This document shows positions 43,510 to 55,306 of a DNA stretch of 64,000 nucleotides, in pieces (position 1 is the stretch's first letter; the number at the start of each line of letters is the position of its first letter). The stretch lies in assembly GCA_965215565.1 (NCBI GenBank), contig CBDCDZ010000004.1, positions 2,048,001-2,112,000 of the forward strand, given 5' to 3'. The notes under the pieces are model-generated. The model was not told where the DNA came from, searched no databases, and was given only the letters and a program-made list of their open reading frames with translations. The DNA comes from Trueperaceae bacterium. GTDB lineage: Bacteria; Deinococcota; Deinococci; Deinococcales; Trueperaceae. The position numbers and the translations under genes are program-made.

Positions 43510-44727
43510 TTACTTTGTCACCTCAGTCACGACGCCTGCACCCACGGTTCTGCCCCCTTCACGAATGGCGAAGCGCAAGCCCTCCTCCATCGCAATCGGC
43601 TTGATGAGGTCCACATCAAGTTCCACGTTGTCCCCAGGCATCACCATCTCTACTCCGTCAGGCAAGGTGCACACGCCTGTAACATCGGTGGTGCGGAAGT
43701 AGAACTGCGGACGGTAGCCCGTGAAGAACGCAGAGTGGCGTCCCCCTTCTTCTTTCTTGAGGATGTACACCGAACCCTTGAAGCCCGTATGCGGGGTGAT
43801 GGTGTTCGGTTTCGCTAAAACTTGCCCGCGTTCGATGTCGTCACGCTGCACGCCGCGCAAGAGGACACCCACGTTATCGCCCGCGATACCCGAGTCCAAC
43901 GTCTTACGGTGCATCTCCACGCCGGTGACAACGCTCTTGCGGGTGTCGGTAAGACCCACGATGGCAATCTCTTCGCCCGTTTTGACTTGTCCGCGCTCGA
44001 CTCTACCCGTGGCAACCGTGCCACGTCCCGTGATGGTAAAGACGTCTTCGACGGGCATCAAGAAAGGCTTATCCACGTCGCGTTCGGGCGTGGGGATGTA
44101 GGAGTCCACGGCGTCCAAGAGGTCCCATATCTTATCCACCCACTCGTTCTCGCCTCTTTGGGTATTGGGGTTTTCGCCTAGGGCTTCTAAAGCTTTAAGT
44201 GCCGAGCCTGCCACGATGGGGGTGTCGTCGCCGGGGAATTCGTAGGAATCCAAGAGTTCACGCACTTCCATCTCGACGAGTTCTAACAACTCTTCGTCGT
44301 CCACCATGTCGGTCTTGTTCATGAACACGACGATGTAGGGGACGCCAACCTGACGCGCCAAGAGGATATGTTCTCTCGTTTGCGGCATGGGACCATCCGC
44401 TGCCGAAACCACCAAGATTGCGCCGTCCATCTGCGCTGCGCCTGTGATCATGTTCTTGACGTAGTCGGCGTGTCCGGGGCAGTCCACGTGCGAGTAGTGG
44501 CGTTCTTTCGTTTGGTACTCCACGTGCGAGGTGTTGATGGTGATGCCCCTAGCCTTCTCTTCCGGAGCTTTGTCGATCATGTCGTAGCTGAGGGTCTCGA
44601 CGGTGGGGTCTGCAGCAGCCGCTGTAAAGGTGATCGCGGCTGTTAGAGTCGTCTTGCCGTGGTCCACGTGCCCCACGGTCCCTATGTTTACGTGTGGCTT
44701 CGTTCTGTTGAAGGTCGCTTTGGCCAT
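43510..44727 (-). CDS. tuf: Elongation factor Tu
   Basis: [35 protein letters not shown]. Confidence 0.99.
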   Translation of the reverse strand: MAKATFNRTKPHVNIGTVGHVDHGKTTLTAAITFTAAAADPTVETLSYDMIDKAPEEKARGITINTSHVEYQTKERHYSHVDCPGHADYVKNMITGAAQMDGAILVVSAADGPMPQTREHILLARQVGVPYIVVFMNKTDMVDDEELLELVEMEVRELLDSYEFPGDDTPIVAGSALKALEALGENPNTQRGENEWVDKIWDLLDAVDSYIPTPERDVDKPFLMPVEDVFTITGRGTVATGRVERGQVKTGEEIAIVGLTDTRKSVVTGVEMHRKTLDSGIAGDNVGVLLRGVQRDDIERGQVLAKPNTITPHTGFKGSVYILKKEEGGRHSAFFTGYRPQFYFRTTDVTGVCTLPDGVEMVMPGDNVELDVDLIKPIAMEEGLRFAIREGGRTVGAGVVTEVTK

Positions 44728-44853
44728 GAGATTATCTCCTTAAATCTCTAAAGTTGCGTGAAGGGTTCTTCGTCTTCGGAATGATGTCCCTTTAACGGAA
44801 GAAGGTGGAAGAGGTATCACTCACGAAAAATCGCAGAGGATACCTCCGAAAAC

Positions 44854-46941
44854 CTACTTCTTAACGAGGTCGTCCTGAATGTTCTTAGGTACTTGTGCGT
44901 AGTGGTCTAAGAACATCGTGAAGGTAGCGCGTCCTTGCGAAATGCTGCGGAGGTCCGTCGCGTAACCGAACATCTCCGAAAGGGGGACGTGCGCGTTGAT
45001 AATCTGCGCGTTACCGCGTGGCTGCATCCCTTGAATCTGTCCACGGCGCGAGTTGAGGCTGCCAATCACGTCGCCCATGTACTGCTCGGGGCTGACGACT
45101 TCGACGCGCATGACGGGCTCTAAGACCGACGCCGCACCCTTGCTCATGACCTCTTTAATCGCCATCGACGCGGCGATCTTAAACGCCATCTCGGACGAGT
45201 CCACCTCGTGGTACGAGCCGTCGTAGAGCTTGACCTTCATATCCACGATGGGAAAGCCGAGGAGCGGTCCGTTCTGCATCGCTTCTTCGATACCTTTTTG
45301 CACGGCGGGGATGTATTCCTTGGGAATCGTCCCACCGACAACAGCGTTCTCGAACTCGAAGCCGCTGCCGCGCTCTAGTGGCTCGGCTTGAATCTTTACG
45401 TCACCGTACTGACCGCGTCCACCCGACTGACGGACGAACTTGCCCTGTACGTCGACGGGCTTAGTGATGGTCTCGCGGTAGGCGACCTGCGGCGCACCGA
45501 CGTTCGCATTGACGTTGAACTCGCGGCGGAGGCGGTCCACGATGATCTCCAAGTGAAGCTCACCCATGCCCGAAATCTTGGTCTGTCCGGTTTCACTGTC
45601 CGTTTCGACGCGGAAGGTGGGGTCCTCTTCAGCGAGTTTAACCATGCCGCTGCTGAGCTTGTCTTGGTCCGCTTTCGAGGCGGGCTCGATGGCGACGGTG
45701 ATGACGGGCTCGGGGATTTCGATGGACTCCAATTCGATGGGGTGGTCCTGATTCGCGAGCGTATCCCCCGTCGAGGTGTCTTTAAGACCGATCACTGCAC
45801 CCAAGTCGCCTGCGCCGATCTGCTCAATCTCTTCGCGCGAGTTCGCGTGCATCTTGAGAAGACGCCCGATGCGCTCCTTTTTGCCCTTTGAAACGTTATA
45901 GACGTAGGAGCCGGACTCCAACACACCTGAGTACACACGCACAAAAGTCAAACGTCCAACGTAGGGGTCGGTCATGACCTTGAAGGCTAGCGCGGCGGTC
46001 GGTGCGGTCTCGTCGGCGGGGCGGGTGTCCTCTTCGCCGGTCTCGAGGATAACACCGCGAATTGCCGGTACATCCAGCGGGCTCGGCAAGTAGAGCGCGA
46101 CGCAGTCCAGAAGGCGCTGCACGCCCTTGTTCTTTAAGGCGGAGCCGCAGAGAACAGGGAACAGCTCTAAGCTGATCGTCCCTTTGCGGATTGCCGCGTT
46201 GATCATATCGGCGGGAACCTCTTCACCTTCCAAGAAGAGCATCGCCACGTCGTCGTCGGCGTCCGCAAGCTTCTCGATCATGAGGTTGCGCTTCTCTTCA
46301 GCGAGTTCCGCAAATTCAGCGGGCACATCCGTCACTTCGATGTCTTGACCCAAATCGTCCTTGAAGGTGTACGCCTTCATGTCGATGAGGTCGATCAAGC
46401 CCTTGAATGAATCCTCTTGACCCATCGGCCACTGAATCGGCACGGCGTTCGCTGCTAAGCGCTCCTCCATCGAGTCCAAGACAAGCTGGAAGTCCGCGCC
46501 CGTCTTGTCCATCTTGTTCGCAAATGCTAAACGCGGCACGCGGTAGCGGTCCGCTTGACGCCAGACGGTCTCGCTCTGCGGCTCGACGCCTTGCGAGGCG
46601 TCGAAGACAGCGACGGCAGCGTCTAAAACGCGCATGGAGCGCTCCACTTCCATCGTGAAGTCCACGTGTCCGGGCGTGTCGATGATGTTGATGCGGGTGT
46701 CGTTCCAGAACGCCTGCGTGACCGCCGACGTGATGGTGATACCGCGCTCTTTCTCCTGCGCCATCCAGTCCATCTGGCTTGCGCCTTCATGGGTCTCACC
46801 GATCTTGTGAATGCGCCCCGCGTAGAAGAGGATGCGCTCGGTCAACGTGGTCTTACCCGCGTCGATGTGCGCAGCAATCCCAATGTTGCGGGTTTTGCTT
46901 AGGTCGACACCTGTTTTGGTTCCTGTTGTGTTGGTTGCCAT
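44854..46941 (-). CDS. fusA: Elongation factor G
   Basis: [42 protein letters not shown]. Confidence 0.99.
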   Translation of the reverse strand: MATNTTGTKTGVDLSKTRNIGIAAHIDAGKTTLTERILFYAGRIHKIGETHEGASQMDWMAQEKERGITITSAVTQAFWNDTRINIIDTPGHVDFTMEVERSMRVLDAAVAVFDASQGVEPQSETVWRQADRYRVPRLAFANKMDKTGADFQLVLDSMEERLAANAVPIQWPMGQEDSFKGLIDLIDMKAYTFKDDLGQDIEVTDVPAEFAELAEEKRNLMIEKLADADDDVAMLFLEGEEVPADMINAAIRKGTISLELFPVLCGSALKNKGVQRLLDCVALYLPSPLDVPAIRGVILETGEEDTRPADETAPTAALAFKVMTDPYVGRLTFVRVYSGVLESGSYVYNVSKGKKERIGRLLKMHANSREEIEQIGAGDLGAVIGLKDTSTGDTLANQDHPIELESIEIPEPVITVAIEPASKADQDKLSSGMVKLAEEDPTFRVETDSETGQTKISGMGELHLEIIVDRLRREFNVNANVGAPQVAYRETITKPVDVQGKFVRQSGGRGQYGDVKIQAEPLERGSGFEFENAVVGGTIPKEYIPAVQKGIEEAMQNGPLLGFPIVDMKVKLYDGSYHEVDSSEMAFKIAASMAIKEVMSKGAASVLEPVMRVEVVSPEQYMGDVIGSLNSRRGQIQGMQPRGNAQIINAHVPLSEMFGYATDLRSISQGRATFTMFLDHYAQVPKNIQDDLVKK

Positions 46942-47043
46942 AAAAAATCAAGAAGAAGGGGAAAGAGGAAAGGGGAAAGATAAAAGAATAAACCTTTCAT
47001 CTTTTCTCTTTCGTCTTTTCTCTCCTATCCTTTTCCTCCTCTC

Positions 47044-47514
47044 TTACCAGCGGTAGTGCGCGTACGCGCGGTTGGCTTCTGCCATGCGTTCGACGTCGTC
47101 TTTTTTCTTGACTGCGCCGCCGCGTCCAGCAGCGGCGTCTAAGAGTTCACCGGCGACGCGCTCGCTCGCGGTGCGTTCAGGACGGGCGTCCGAGGCGGCG
47201 GAGAGCCAGCGGAGTGAGAGCGATTGGGCGCGTCGCGGGCTCACTTCGACGGGGACCTGATAGGTTGCCCCACCAACGCGGCGGCTCTTAACCTCAATCT
47301 TAGGGCGGACGTTGTCGATGCCCTGACGGAAAACCTTTAGGGGCTCTTGTCCGCTGCGCTCTTGAATTAGGCGGCACGCGCCGTAAAAAATGCGGCTCGA
47401 GAGGTTCTTTTTCCCGTCGCGCATGAGCTTGTTGATAAACGCCGTGACCGTCGTGTCGCTGTAGACGAGGTCGGGCTCGAGCCTTCTGACTTCTGCTCTT
47501 CTTCTACGTCCCAT
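47044..47514 (-). CDS. rpsG: 30S ribosomal protein S7
   Basis: SRRVGGATYQVP, MAEANRAYAHYRW. Confidence 0.98.
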   Translation of the reverse strand: MGRRRRAEVRRLEPDLVYSDTTVTAFINKLMRDGKKNLSSRIFYGACRLIQERSGQEPLKVFRQGIDNVRPKIEVKSRRVGGATYQVPVEVSPRRAQSLSLRWLSAASDARPERTASERVAGELLDAAAGRGGAVKKKDDVERMAEANRAYAHYRW

Positions 47515-47516
47515 AC

Positions 47517-47906
47517 TTACCCTTTCGGTTTCTTAGTGCCGTACTTGCTGCGGCCCTGATTGCGCTGCACGTAACGACCAACGCCCACGCCCTGCGTATC
47601 CAACGCGCCGCGCACGATGTGGTAGCGCACGCCCGGCAAGTCTTTAACACGCCCGCCGCGAATCAGGACAACGGAGTGCTCCTGCAAGTTGTGCTTCTCG
47701 CCAGGAATGTACGCGGTGACTTCGTAGCCGGATGAGAGGCGCACACGCGCAATTTTGCGCAGTGCCGAGTTCGGCTTCTTAGGGGTTTGCGTCTTGACAA
47801 CCGTGCATACGCCACGGCGCTGCGGGCTGCCCTTGAGGGCGGGAACTTTATTCTTTTTCGGTAGGGCTTTACGGCCCTTACGCAGTAACTGATTGACGGT
47901 CGGCAG
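47517..47906 (-). CDS. rpsL: 30S ribosomal protein S12, probable CTG start
   Basis: [39 protein letters not shown] lies 8 nt before CTG-CCG. Confidence 0.96.
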   Translation of the reverse strand: MPTVNQLLRKGRKALPKKNKVPALKGSPQRRGVCTVVKTQTPKKPNSALRKIARVRLSSGYEVTAYIPGEKHNLQEHSVVLIRGGRVKDLPGVRYHIVRGALDTQGVGVGRYVQRNQGRSKYGTKKPKG

Positions 47907-48079
47907 CGTGACCACTCCCTCTTTCTTTGACTTGAGCCTTAGATACCCGCAGCAGCGCTACGGACGCAGAGCTTCCGGTTAAATAACGACACTTGTTGGA
48001 CCTAAAAGGTGGGGTAACAAGCACACGACGACGGTGCCCCCTGACTTATCGCTGCAAGCCGGGAAGGGCAAACTCAAGT

Positions 48080-48109
48080 AGTATATAGGGGTGTATAGGG
48101 AGAAATCAA
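48080..48109 (-). promoter_or_regulatory. Sigma-A promoter of the str operon
   Basis: Minus strand TTGATT-18 nt-TATACT, about 170 nt upstream of rpsL. Confidence 0.65.
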
Positions 48110-48429
48110 GGTCTAGCCTTACGTTCTGGTACGTAAAGCGCTGAAACCTTTGAACCTCATGAGAGGTTGGGCGCGGTGAAGCGCTGGAAGTTGAGGTTAT
48201 GGTACGAGAATTTTGGGAGAAATTGCGTGTAGGGTTTCACGTAAGCGTGGTTCGACTATTATTTTTGCTCGCGAAAGAGAGAAATTCAGTGTCCTAGTCG
48301 GCGTATGGGCAAGGCTTTCCCGTTACCGCTTCGAAATGATGCACTCTGCATAAGTGCGCAACTCTTATCGAACCTCGGTCACAGTTCTCTCGTTTGCAAG
48401 GTTTGCCTAAGTCTTCATCACCAAGCAAT

Positions 48430-50167
48430 TCATACGAATTCTCGCTCGGTAGGTGTACTGCGGCTCTGGATTGGTGGTGGCGGTAGCGAAATGGGTTCTT
48501 CTTGGAAAGGTCCTATTTCCTCCTTGGACTCGAGCACCTGCCAGGGGCGCGAGCCAACATCGCTTATTCTGTCGTAACGCTCACCGCCGAGGGCGACAAA
48601 CAACTCAGTTGGTACGTCAAAAATGTAGTTTACATAGTCTCTATCGGCTTCGGTATCTTGCCGATGACGCAACTTCACGAATATCTCTTCAAATAAAGAA
48701 GGTGGATCACCTCCGACTTCAATAGAATTCTCCTCGTGCAGTACAGACCACAATTCAAGACCATCTTGCCACGCACTTCTAAGTACACGACAAAAGCCTA
48801 AAAGCGTTGTGTAGGAGCTTAGGGTCAAGGGAGAGGTTGGTGATAGCGCGGCGGATAAAGTCAAGCCCAAGCCGGAAGATAGACACTTCACGTCTACCGT
48901 GCGGTTTGATACGATAGGTCTAAGGCGGTGTTGCCAGTGGCCGACTTTGAGCGCCCAGAGGAAGGCGAGACTCACAACAGCGATCAGGGCGCTGAGGCGC
49001 TCGGTGTCCTTGAGGTGGGTATCTTCAAGGTTGAAACCGCTGGATTTGAGGGCTTTGAAAAGAGACTCGCTTCACGCCACCTACGGGCGTAAGCGCTCAA
49101 AGCTTCTTTAGGGCTACGATTGGTCACAATGATGACGAGTTGCTGGTCACAGCTCCTAGTTGCAGCAACGGCAAGCTCACAGCCACAAATCTTGTAGCGG
49201 TGGTGGAGGCTTCGCGTTTGTAAGGGTTCAAGCTGCTGAAAAAAGGCGGCGAGCCGAAACCAGTTGTCAGCTAAGCTGTTTTCCCGGATGCGAATAGCAA
49301 AAGGAATGTTGTGATCTACCAGGAACCCAAACCAGTCTTGACCGATGAACTCCCTATCTGCAAGTAAGACCTCTATACGCTCAGGTTTGATGACCTTCAA
49401 AACCTGCTCAAGCAACTCCGTGCGCTCTAGCGTGTTCGAGTTACCCCGCTTGCTTAGAAGAACAAACGCAAGGGGGATGGCGATACCTTCATCAGCGATA
49501 GCGATCATCAAGATATTGATGTTGAAGCTGCCAAACTTCCAGTTCGTTCTATCGACGCACAAGGTGTAACGCTGCTTGTCGAGCAGTTTGACCATAAAGT
49601 GCGTGAAAAGCGTTTCGTCAAGCTCTAGCTCAGCAAAGAACCGCTGCGCTCGCCTATACACAGAAGCCTCACGCGCCCAGCTCTGCACGGTACCCACCAC
49701 GCTCTTGAGATTGACTGTCCTGGCTTCAACGATGCCTAGCATCAACATGCTCAGAAACGTGAGCCTCGACCTATGCATGTTGACTCCTGCCTCTTTCAAC
49801 GCTTCGACTAATCCAGTATGCTTCATTTGAGTTCTCCTTTGTTTAGCTACGCACTAAACATTCTTCAAGGAGAACTCCTTTTTGTAAAATTGTCGTGTAC
49901 TAAGCGCGCACTTACAAAATTCACCCCAATAGTCTCATTTACGTAATTGACCAGTACCAAAGCCTTACGGGATAAATTAGCAAGAATTGCTTCATCTAGA
50001 ACTCCATCATTGACGTTGATTAAATAGCTTTCATTGGTGGCTACCATACCTGAGATTGGGGAGTCTGGCACTTCCTGGAATTCACCTGTTGCTCTAAGCA
50101 ACAGTTCACTATGGATTCTTTCAGGTGATTTACCGGATGTTTGAATGTAAAGAATTCTGAACCCCAT
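48430..50167 (-). pseudogene. Hypothetical gene interrupted by an IS4-type element
   Basis: Removing 48779-49904 plus one target copy joins ...GVNFVSA to WQDGLELWSVLHEE... in frame. Confidence 0.8.
48779..49904 (-). mobile_element. IS4-family-like insertion sequence, 1126 bp, with a frameshifted transposase
   Basis: TIRs CTAAGTACACGACAA / TTGTCGTGTACTAAG; 9-bp target duplication CACGCACTT / CGCGCACTT; DDE motifs VDRTNWKFG, LLADREFIG, YARRW..E. Confidence 0.9.
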
Positions 50168-50476
50168 GCTTATTCAACCTTTGAGACACTTTTGTCTGCA
50201 TCTACAGTGATAGCGAATTTCGCTCACTACAGCCTAACAGCTTCTGCTTCAACACGTCGAACGCGCCACCTAAGCTCGAGCAAAGACTTACTTCACGTAA
50301 AACGATTCAGCATCCTGCTCTACTACTCACCAAACTCTCGCCCCATGAGGGGTTGCATAACGATGAGGTCAAACTTTGCCTCGAGCCTACCAAGAAAGCG
50401 CATCAACCGCCGGGCAGCGTAGAATTATCTTTCTACACTCCCACATCGCTACTGCTTTGATTTAACAAACAGATTA

Positions 50477-51294
50477 GGCTCTGTTGACATTCCCGAGGAA
50501 TGGTTGTTAGAAAAGGGCATGAGCGACGTTAAACTAACAGCTAAACAGTGGCGTAAAATCAGAGCGTTCCTAAATGAGAAGCCGCAAGTGTATGTAGGAC
50601 AGGAGAAACAGTGCCGCAAGTTTATTGAAGGGGTGCTGTGGATATTGCGTTCAGGTGCACAGTGGCGACTTCTACCTCCTAAGTACGGAAACTGGAACAG
50701 TGTATACAAGCGTTTTGACAGGTGGAGCGAAAGGGGCATTTGGGAAGCGATGTTCGAGCGCTTTGCCGATGACCCAGACCTGGAGAGCGTGATGATGGAC
50801 GGCTCAGTGGTGCGGGCTCATGCGTGTTCGGCAGGTGCGCCACATAAAAAAGGGGTCAACAGATGCAAGACCTCGGCTATAGTCGGGGCGGGTTCAGCAG
50901 CAAGATACACGTCTTAGTCGACGGTTTGGGCAATCCGCTGCGGTTGTTACTCAGCGCTGGACAAAAACACGAAGCACCCTACGCCCAAGCCTTACTCGCA
51001 GACTATGAGGTCGCGTTCGTATTCGGTGATAAAGCCTACGACGCTGACCCTATCCTTACAACTATTACTGAGATGGACGCGCAAGCAGTCATTCCACCTA
51101 AAAGCAACCGCAAAGAGCAACGCGACTACGACAAAGAACTATACAAAGAGCGTCACCTCGTGGAGTGCTTTTTCAACAAGCTCAAGCAGTATAGGCGTTG
51201 CTTCTCAAGGTTCGACAAATTCGCAAGAAACTACCTCAGCTTTCTCCACTTCGCCTCTGCTCTCATCTGGTTACGGTGAAATGTCAACACAACC
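50477..51294 (+). mobile_element. IS5-family (IS427-like) insertion sequence with a two-ORF transposase
   Basis: TIRs GGCTCTGTTGACATT / AATGTCAACACAACC, TA duplication; ORFs with RSGAQWRLLP, DGSVVRAH, GDKAYD, YKERHLVECFFNKLK; A6G at 50846-50852. Confidence 0.93.
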
Positions 51295-51690
51295 TAATAA
51301 ATTCTCGCGCTCTCACGATGGGAATACCCTCTACTTTTTGCAACTCGAGCATGTCGCGTTTATCGCCAGAGACGATGTACTGCACCTGTCCGGCTATTCC
51401 CGTAGCAAGAATTGGGTTGTCTTTAGGATCGGGTGAATAACCAACCTCCGGTAACTTGTCCAAAACCAGAGCGTTTTGCCACAATTGGTTAATGAGCCTG
51501 CCTGCTGTCGCGGGTTTGATTTATCTTTGAGATGAGGGTAGCGGGTCACTTCTCGTAATTCACCAATTTGCCATGTAGAAGTGACAAGGTCAAAAACTCT
51601 GGCTTGCCAGAGCTGATAGAGGGTATCAGGGATACCCCCGGTAGTAATCAGTGCAGAAATTAGGATGTTGGTGTCAACGACGACGCGCAT
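51284..51690 (-). pseudogene. PIN-domain toxin, frameshifted and with an IS in its 3' end
   Basis: MRVVVDTNILISAL in one frame and DPKDNPILATG...IVSGDKRDML in another; shift near 51520. Confidence 0.85.
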
Positions 51691-51910
51691 CTAGTACAGC
51701 TTCGTCGATAAGCCTCATGAGTTGGTCTTGGTCTTCGCCTTTGTTGCGCTCTTTGATGGCACTCACCGTTTCAGTAAAATCTTTAGTCAGGCTACTACTC
51801 TTTTGCTGTTCTAAAACGTCCATCTGTGCCGCTAATTGCTCGAGCATAGTTTCGTCGTAGCCTGCCATACGCTGCTGCAACTTTTGCTGCAATTTCTCAC
51901 GCACTGTCAT
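51674..51910 (-). CDS. Putative antitoxin
   Basis: 78-aa ORF overlapping the PIN start; TATTAT box just upstream of its ATG. Confidence 0.65.
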   Translation of the reverse strand: MTVREKLQQKLQQRMAGYDETMLEQLAAQMDVLEQQKSSSLTKDFTETVSAIKERNKGEDQDQLMRLIDEAVLDARRR

Positions 51911-52146
51911 AACTCAATAATACGCGCTTTTACGACCTACTGCAATGCGTTTGCCCCGCTGAAACCTCACATCAAGGAGTTATCAACGGGGCAGAATAGA
52001 GCGTTAAGGTGTCGCTACATTTAGTTCGACGACAGCACTTCCCCACCCCAAGCCTCAAACTCCAACTCATACGTCCCTATCTCGCCCGCGTAGTAGCTCG
52101 TCACGATGACTTCATACGTGCCAGCGGAGAGGTCAACTCGAGCGCA

Positions 52147-52548
52147 TCACCTTTCCAACCTCTCCACAATGAATGCGTCCACCTCGATCTCCACGAGCAT
52201 CTTAGGGTCAATCAGCGCACTCACCGCAACCAGTGTGGCAGCGGGGCGAATATCGGCAAAGACCTCACCGTGCGCCCGTGTGACCTCTTGCCAGTGGGCG
52301 ATGTCGGTGACGAAGATGCGGGTGCGCACGACGTCCTCTAAGGTTGCCCCAGCTTTCTCCAGCGCTGAGCGGATGTTTTTAAGAACTTGCTGCGCTTGCT
52401 CATAGGGGTCATCTACGCCGACGATGTGACCGTCACTATTCGTTGCGGTTGTTCCGGCGACGAACACGTGGGGACCGATGCGGACGGCCCTCGAGTACCC
52501 CACCGCCGCTTCCCAGGGCGTCCCGGACGAGATGTTCTGTCTCTTCAT
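52147..52548 (-). CDS. RidA/YjgF/UK114-family protein
   Basis: [37 protein letters not shown]. Confidence 0.93.
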   Translation of the reverse strand: MKRQNISSGTPWEAAVGYSRAVRIGPHVFVAGTTATNSDGHIVGVDDPYEQAQQVLKNIRSALEKAGATLEDVVRTRIFVTDIAHWQEVTRAHGEVFADIRPAATLVAVSALIDPKMLVEIEVDAFIVERLER

Positions 52549-52549
52549 A

Positions 52550-52660
52550 TAGCAGGTATCATCTGGTCAGAGACACTCGCACTTTGTAAAACGATGTCTA
52601 GCACGTACTTTAAGAGATGATATCTGCGCTCAACTGTCTCAGTATGTCGTGGAACTGCTA
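52550..52660 (+). repeat. Repeat family B, copy 4 (compact and complete)
   Basis: TAGCAG...CTGCTA termini; internal GCAGGTATCATCT / AGATGATATCTGC stem. Confidence 0.85.
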
Positions 52661-52856
52661 ATAAGTTCTCCATGGCCTCGAGTATAGAGGTTGTGACGTT
52701 CGCACCTCTTCATTCACCTTGAACTTGTCCGTCATGATGGGTTGCCTAAAGGTCGATAGGTGGCTACATAAACCCGGCTTGAAACAAGGTTTTGTTCTCC
52801 GTGCGCCGCTACAGTACCTTGAGTCACCATCAAGGTGCAGATGGAAAGAGGTACAC

Positions 52857-53771
52857 ATGAAAATAGGCATTGTAGGTGCAGGACTCGTTGGGTCAACAGC
52901 GGGCTACACCTTAGTCACTGAAAACCTGGTCAGCGAACTCGTCTTCGTGGATAAGAACGAAGCGAGAGCCGAGGGCGAAGCGATGGACGTGTCGCACGCC
53001 ACGCCCTTTTCGCACCCGGCGCGGGTTGTGGCGGGAAGCTACGAAGACTTAAAAGATGCCGCGATGGTTATCGTGACAGCAGGTGCGAACCAGAAAGAGG
53101 GGGAGACGCGGCTCGACTTGGCGGCTAAAAACGCCACAATTTTCCGCGACATCATCCCGCAAATCACTGAGAATGTACCCGACACCGTACTGCTCATCGC
53201 TACGAACCCCGTTGACGTGCTGACGCACGTCGCGTGGCAGGAGAGCGGTCTGCCCAAGGAGCGTGTGATCGGTTCAGGGACGATTTTGGATACGGCGCGA
53301 CTGCGCTCGCTCGTGAGCGAGAAGGCTAAGGTCGCGCCGCAGAACGTTCACGGTTACGTCTTGGGCGAGCACGGCGACTCGGAGATCGTCGCGTGGAGTC
53401 ATATGGACATCGCCGGAACGCCGCTCAAGCAGTACTTCCCCAAGCGCGGTCTATCTTGGGATGACGAAGACCAGCGTGAGGTGCAGCGTGACGTTCAGAG
53501 GGCCGCTTACAACATCATTCAGCGCAAAGGCGCGACGTATTACGGTGTGGCGACGGGCATTGCCCGCATCGCCCAAGCGGTCTTAGGCAATCAGCAGAGC
53601 GTCCTCACGGTCTCTATGAGCGACGGCGAGGTGGCGTACAGCTTGCCCCGCGTGCTCGGGCGTGACGGGGTAGTGGCGACGCTCGAGGTCGAACTCAGCG
53701 AAGACGAGCGAAGCGATTTGGATAAGAGTATCGGCGTGATTCGTGAGGCGATCGAAAGCGCCTCTAGTTAG
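52857..53771 (+). CDS. ldh: L-lactate dehydrogenase
   Basis: MKIGIVGAGLVG, AGANQKEGETRLDL (Gln specificity residue), TNPVD, LDTAR, LGEHGDS. Confidence 0.93.
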   Translation: MKIGIVGAGLVGSTAGYTLVTENLVSELVFVDKNEARAEGEAMDVSHATPFSHPARVVAGSYEDLKDAAMVIVTAGANQKEGETRLDLAAKNATIFRDIIPQITENVPDTVLLIATNPVDVLTHVAWQESGLPKERVIGSGTILDTARLRSLVSEKAKVAPQNVHGYVLGEHGDSEIVAWSHMDIAGTPLKQYFPKRGLSWDDEDQREVQRDVQRAAYNIIQRKGATYYGVATGIARIAQAVLGNQQSVLTVSMSDGEVAYSLPRVLGRDGVVATLEVELSEDERSDLDKSIGVIREAIESASS

Positions 53772-53811
53772 TGCGAGTTCATGATTGTGAAGAGGTTAGA
53801 ATGCACGCCTG

Positions 53812-54784
53812 ATGCGAGCGAAGCAGAGAGATGAAACTCGAGACGAGATAGAGAGTGCCGCTGACCTCTTGCGTGCGGGTGGGCTCGTCGCCTTTCCGAC
53901 TGAAACGGTGTACGGTTTGGGCGCGGACGCCAGCAACAGCAGCGCCGTCAAACGTATTTTTGAGGCCAAAGGACGCCCCGCTGACCATCCGGTCATTGTC
54001 CATCTTCCCTCGGTTGACTCGCTTGCGGATTGGGCGAGAGAGGTGCCCGAAGAGGTCTATAAACTCGCTGAAACCTTCTGGGCTGGACCGCTCACCCTCA
54101 TTTTGAAGCGCTCAGAACGTGTACCGGACGTGGTGACAGGTGGACAAGACACTGTTGGATTGCGCGTGCCCGGACATCCGTTGGCATTGAGGTTGCTCGA
54201 GTCCTTCGGCGGCGGCGTCGCCGCCCCCTCCGCTAACCGCTTCGGACGCATCAGCCCAACCACAGCGGCGCACGTCCGCGCTGAACTAAGCGACTCCGTA
54301 GATATAGTTTTAGACGGCGGCGCGTGCGAGGTGGGCTTGGAATCCACGATTCTCGATATGAGTAGAGGTAGACCCCACCTCTTACGTCCCGGTAAGATTT
54401 CACCCCTTCAACTCGCCGAAATCTTAGGAGAGGAACCTCTTATGAAAAGCGACAATGCACCCAGAGCACCGGGAACTTTAGAGAGTCACTACGCCCCGAC
54501 GACGCCCGTTGTGATTGCCGAGAGTTTGACGGATTATCTGGGAGAGAATACAGAGAAAAAACTCGCTGTCTTGGCGAGAAGTCAAAAGCCTGCCTGGTTA
54601 GAGAGTGCGCGGTGGCTCGTTTTGCCAGGTGAGCCGGAAGGGTACGCCCAGCAGCTTTACGCCGGATTACGCGAACTCGACGGTGCAAAGTGCGATGAAA
54701 TTGTAGTGGAAACCGTACCCGATATTCCCGAGTGGCTCGCCGTGCGCGACAGGCTCACACGCGCGGCGACGAAGGAGGTGCCTA

Positions 54785-54801
<17 letters not shown>
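53812..54801 (+). CDS. sua5: Threonylcarbamoyl-AMP synthase, Sua5 type
   Basis: [34 protein letters not shown]...HYAP linker and SUA5 domain. Confidence 0.95.

Positions 54802-55302
<501 letters not shown>

Positions 55303-55306
<4 letters not shown>

Noticed and set aside
48430..48975. 181-aa ORF as a single gene
   Set aside because: It is a chance read-through from the frameshifted transposase tail across the IS end into the C-terminal half of the interrupted gene.
52719..52856. N-terminal extension of ldh
   Set aside because: The Rossmann motif starts at MKIGIVG (52857), which has an SD-like GAGG upstream; the extension is probably untranslated.
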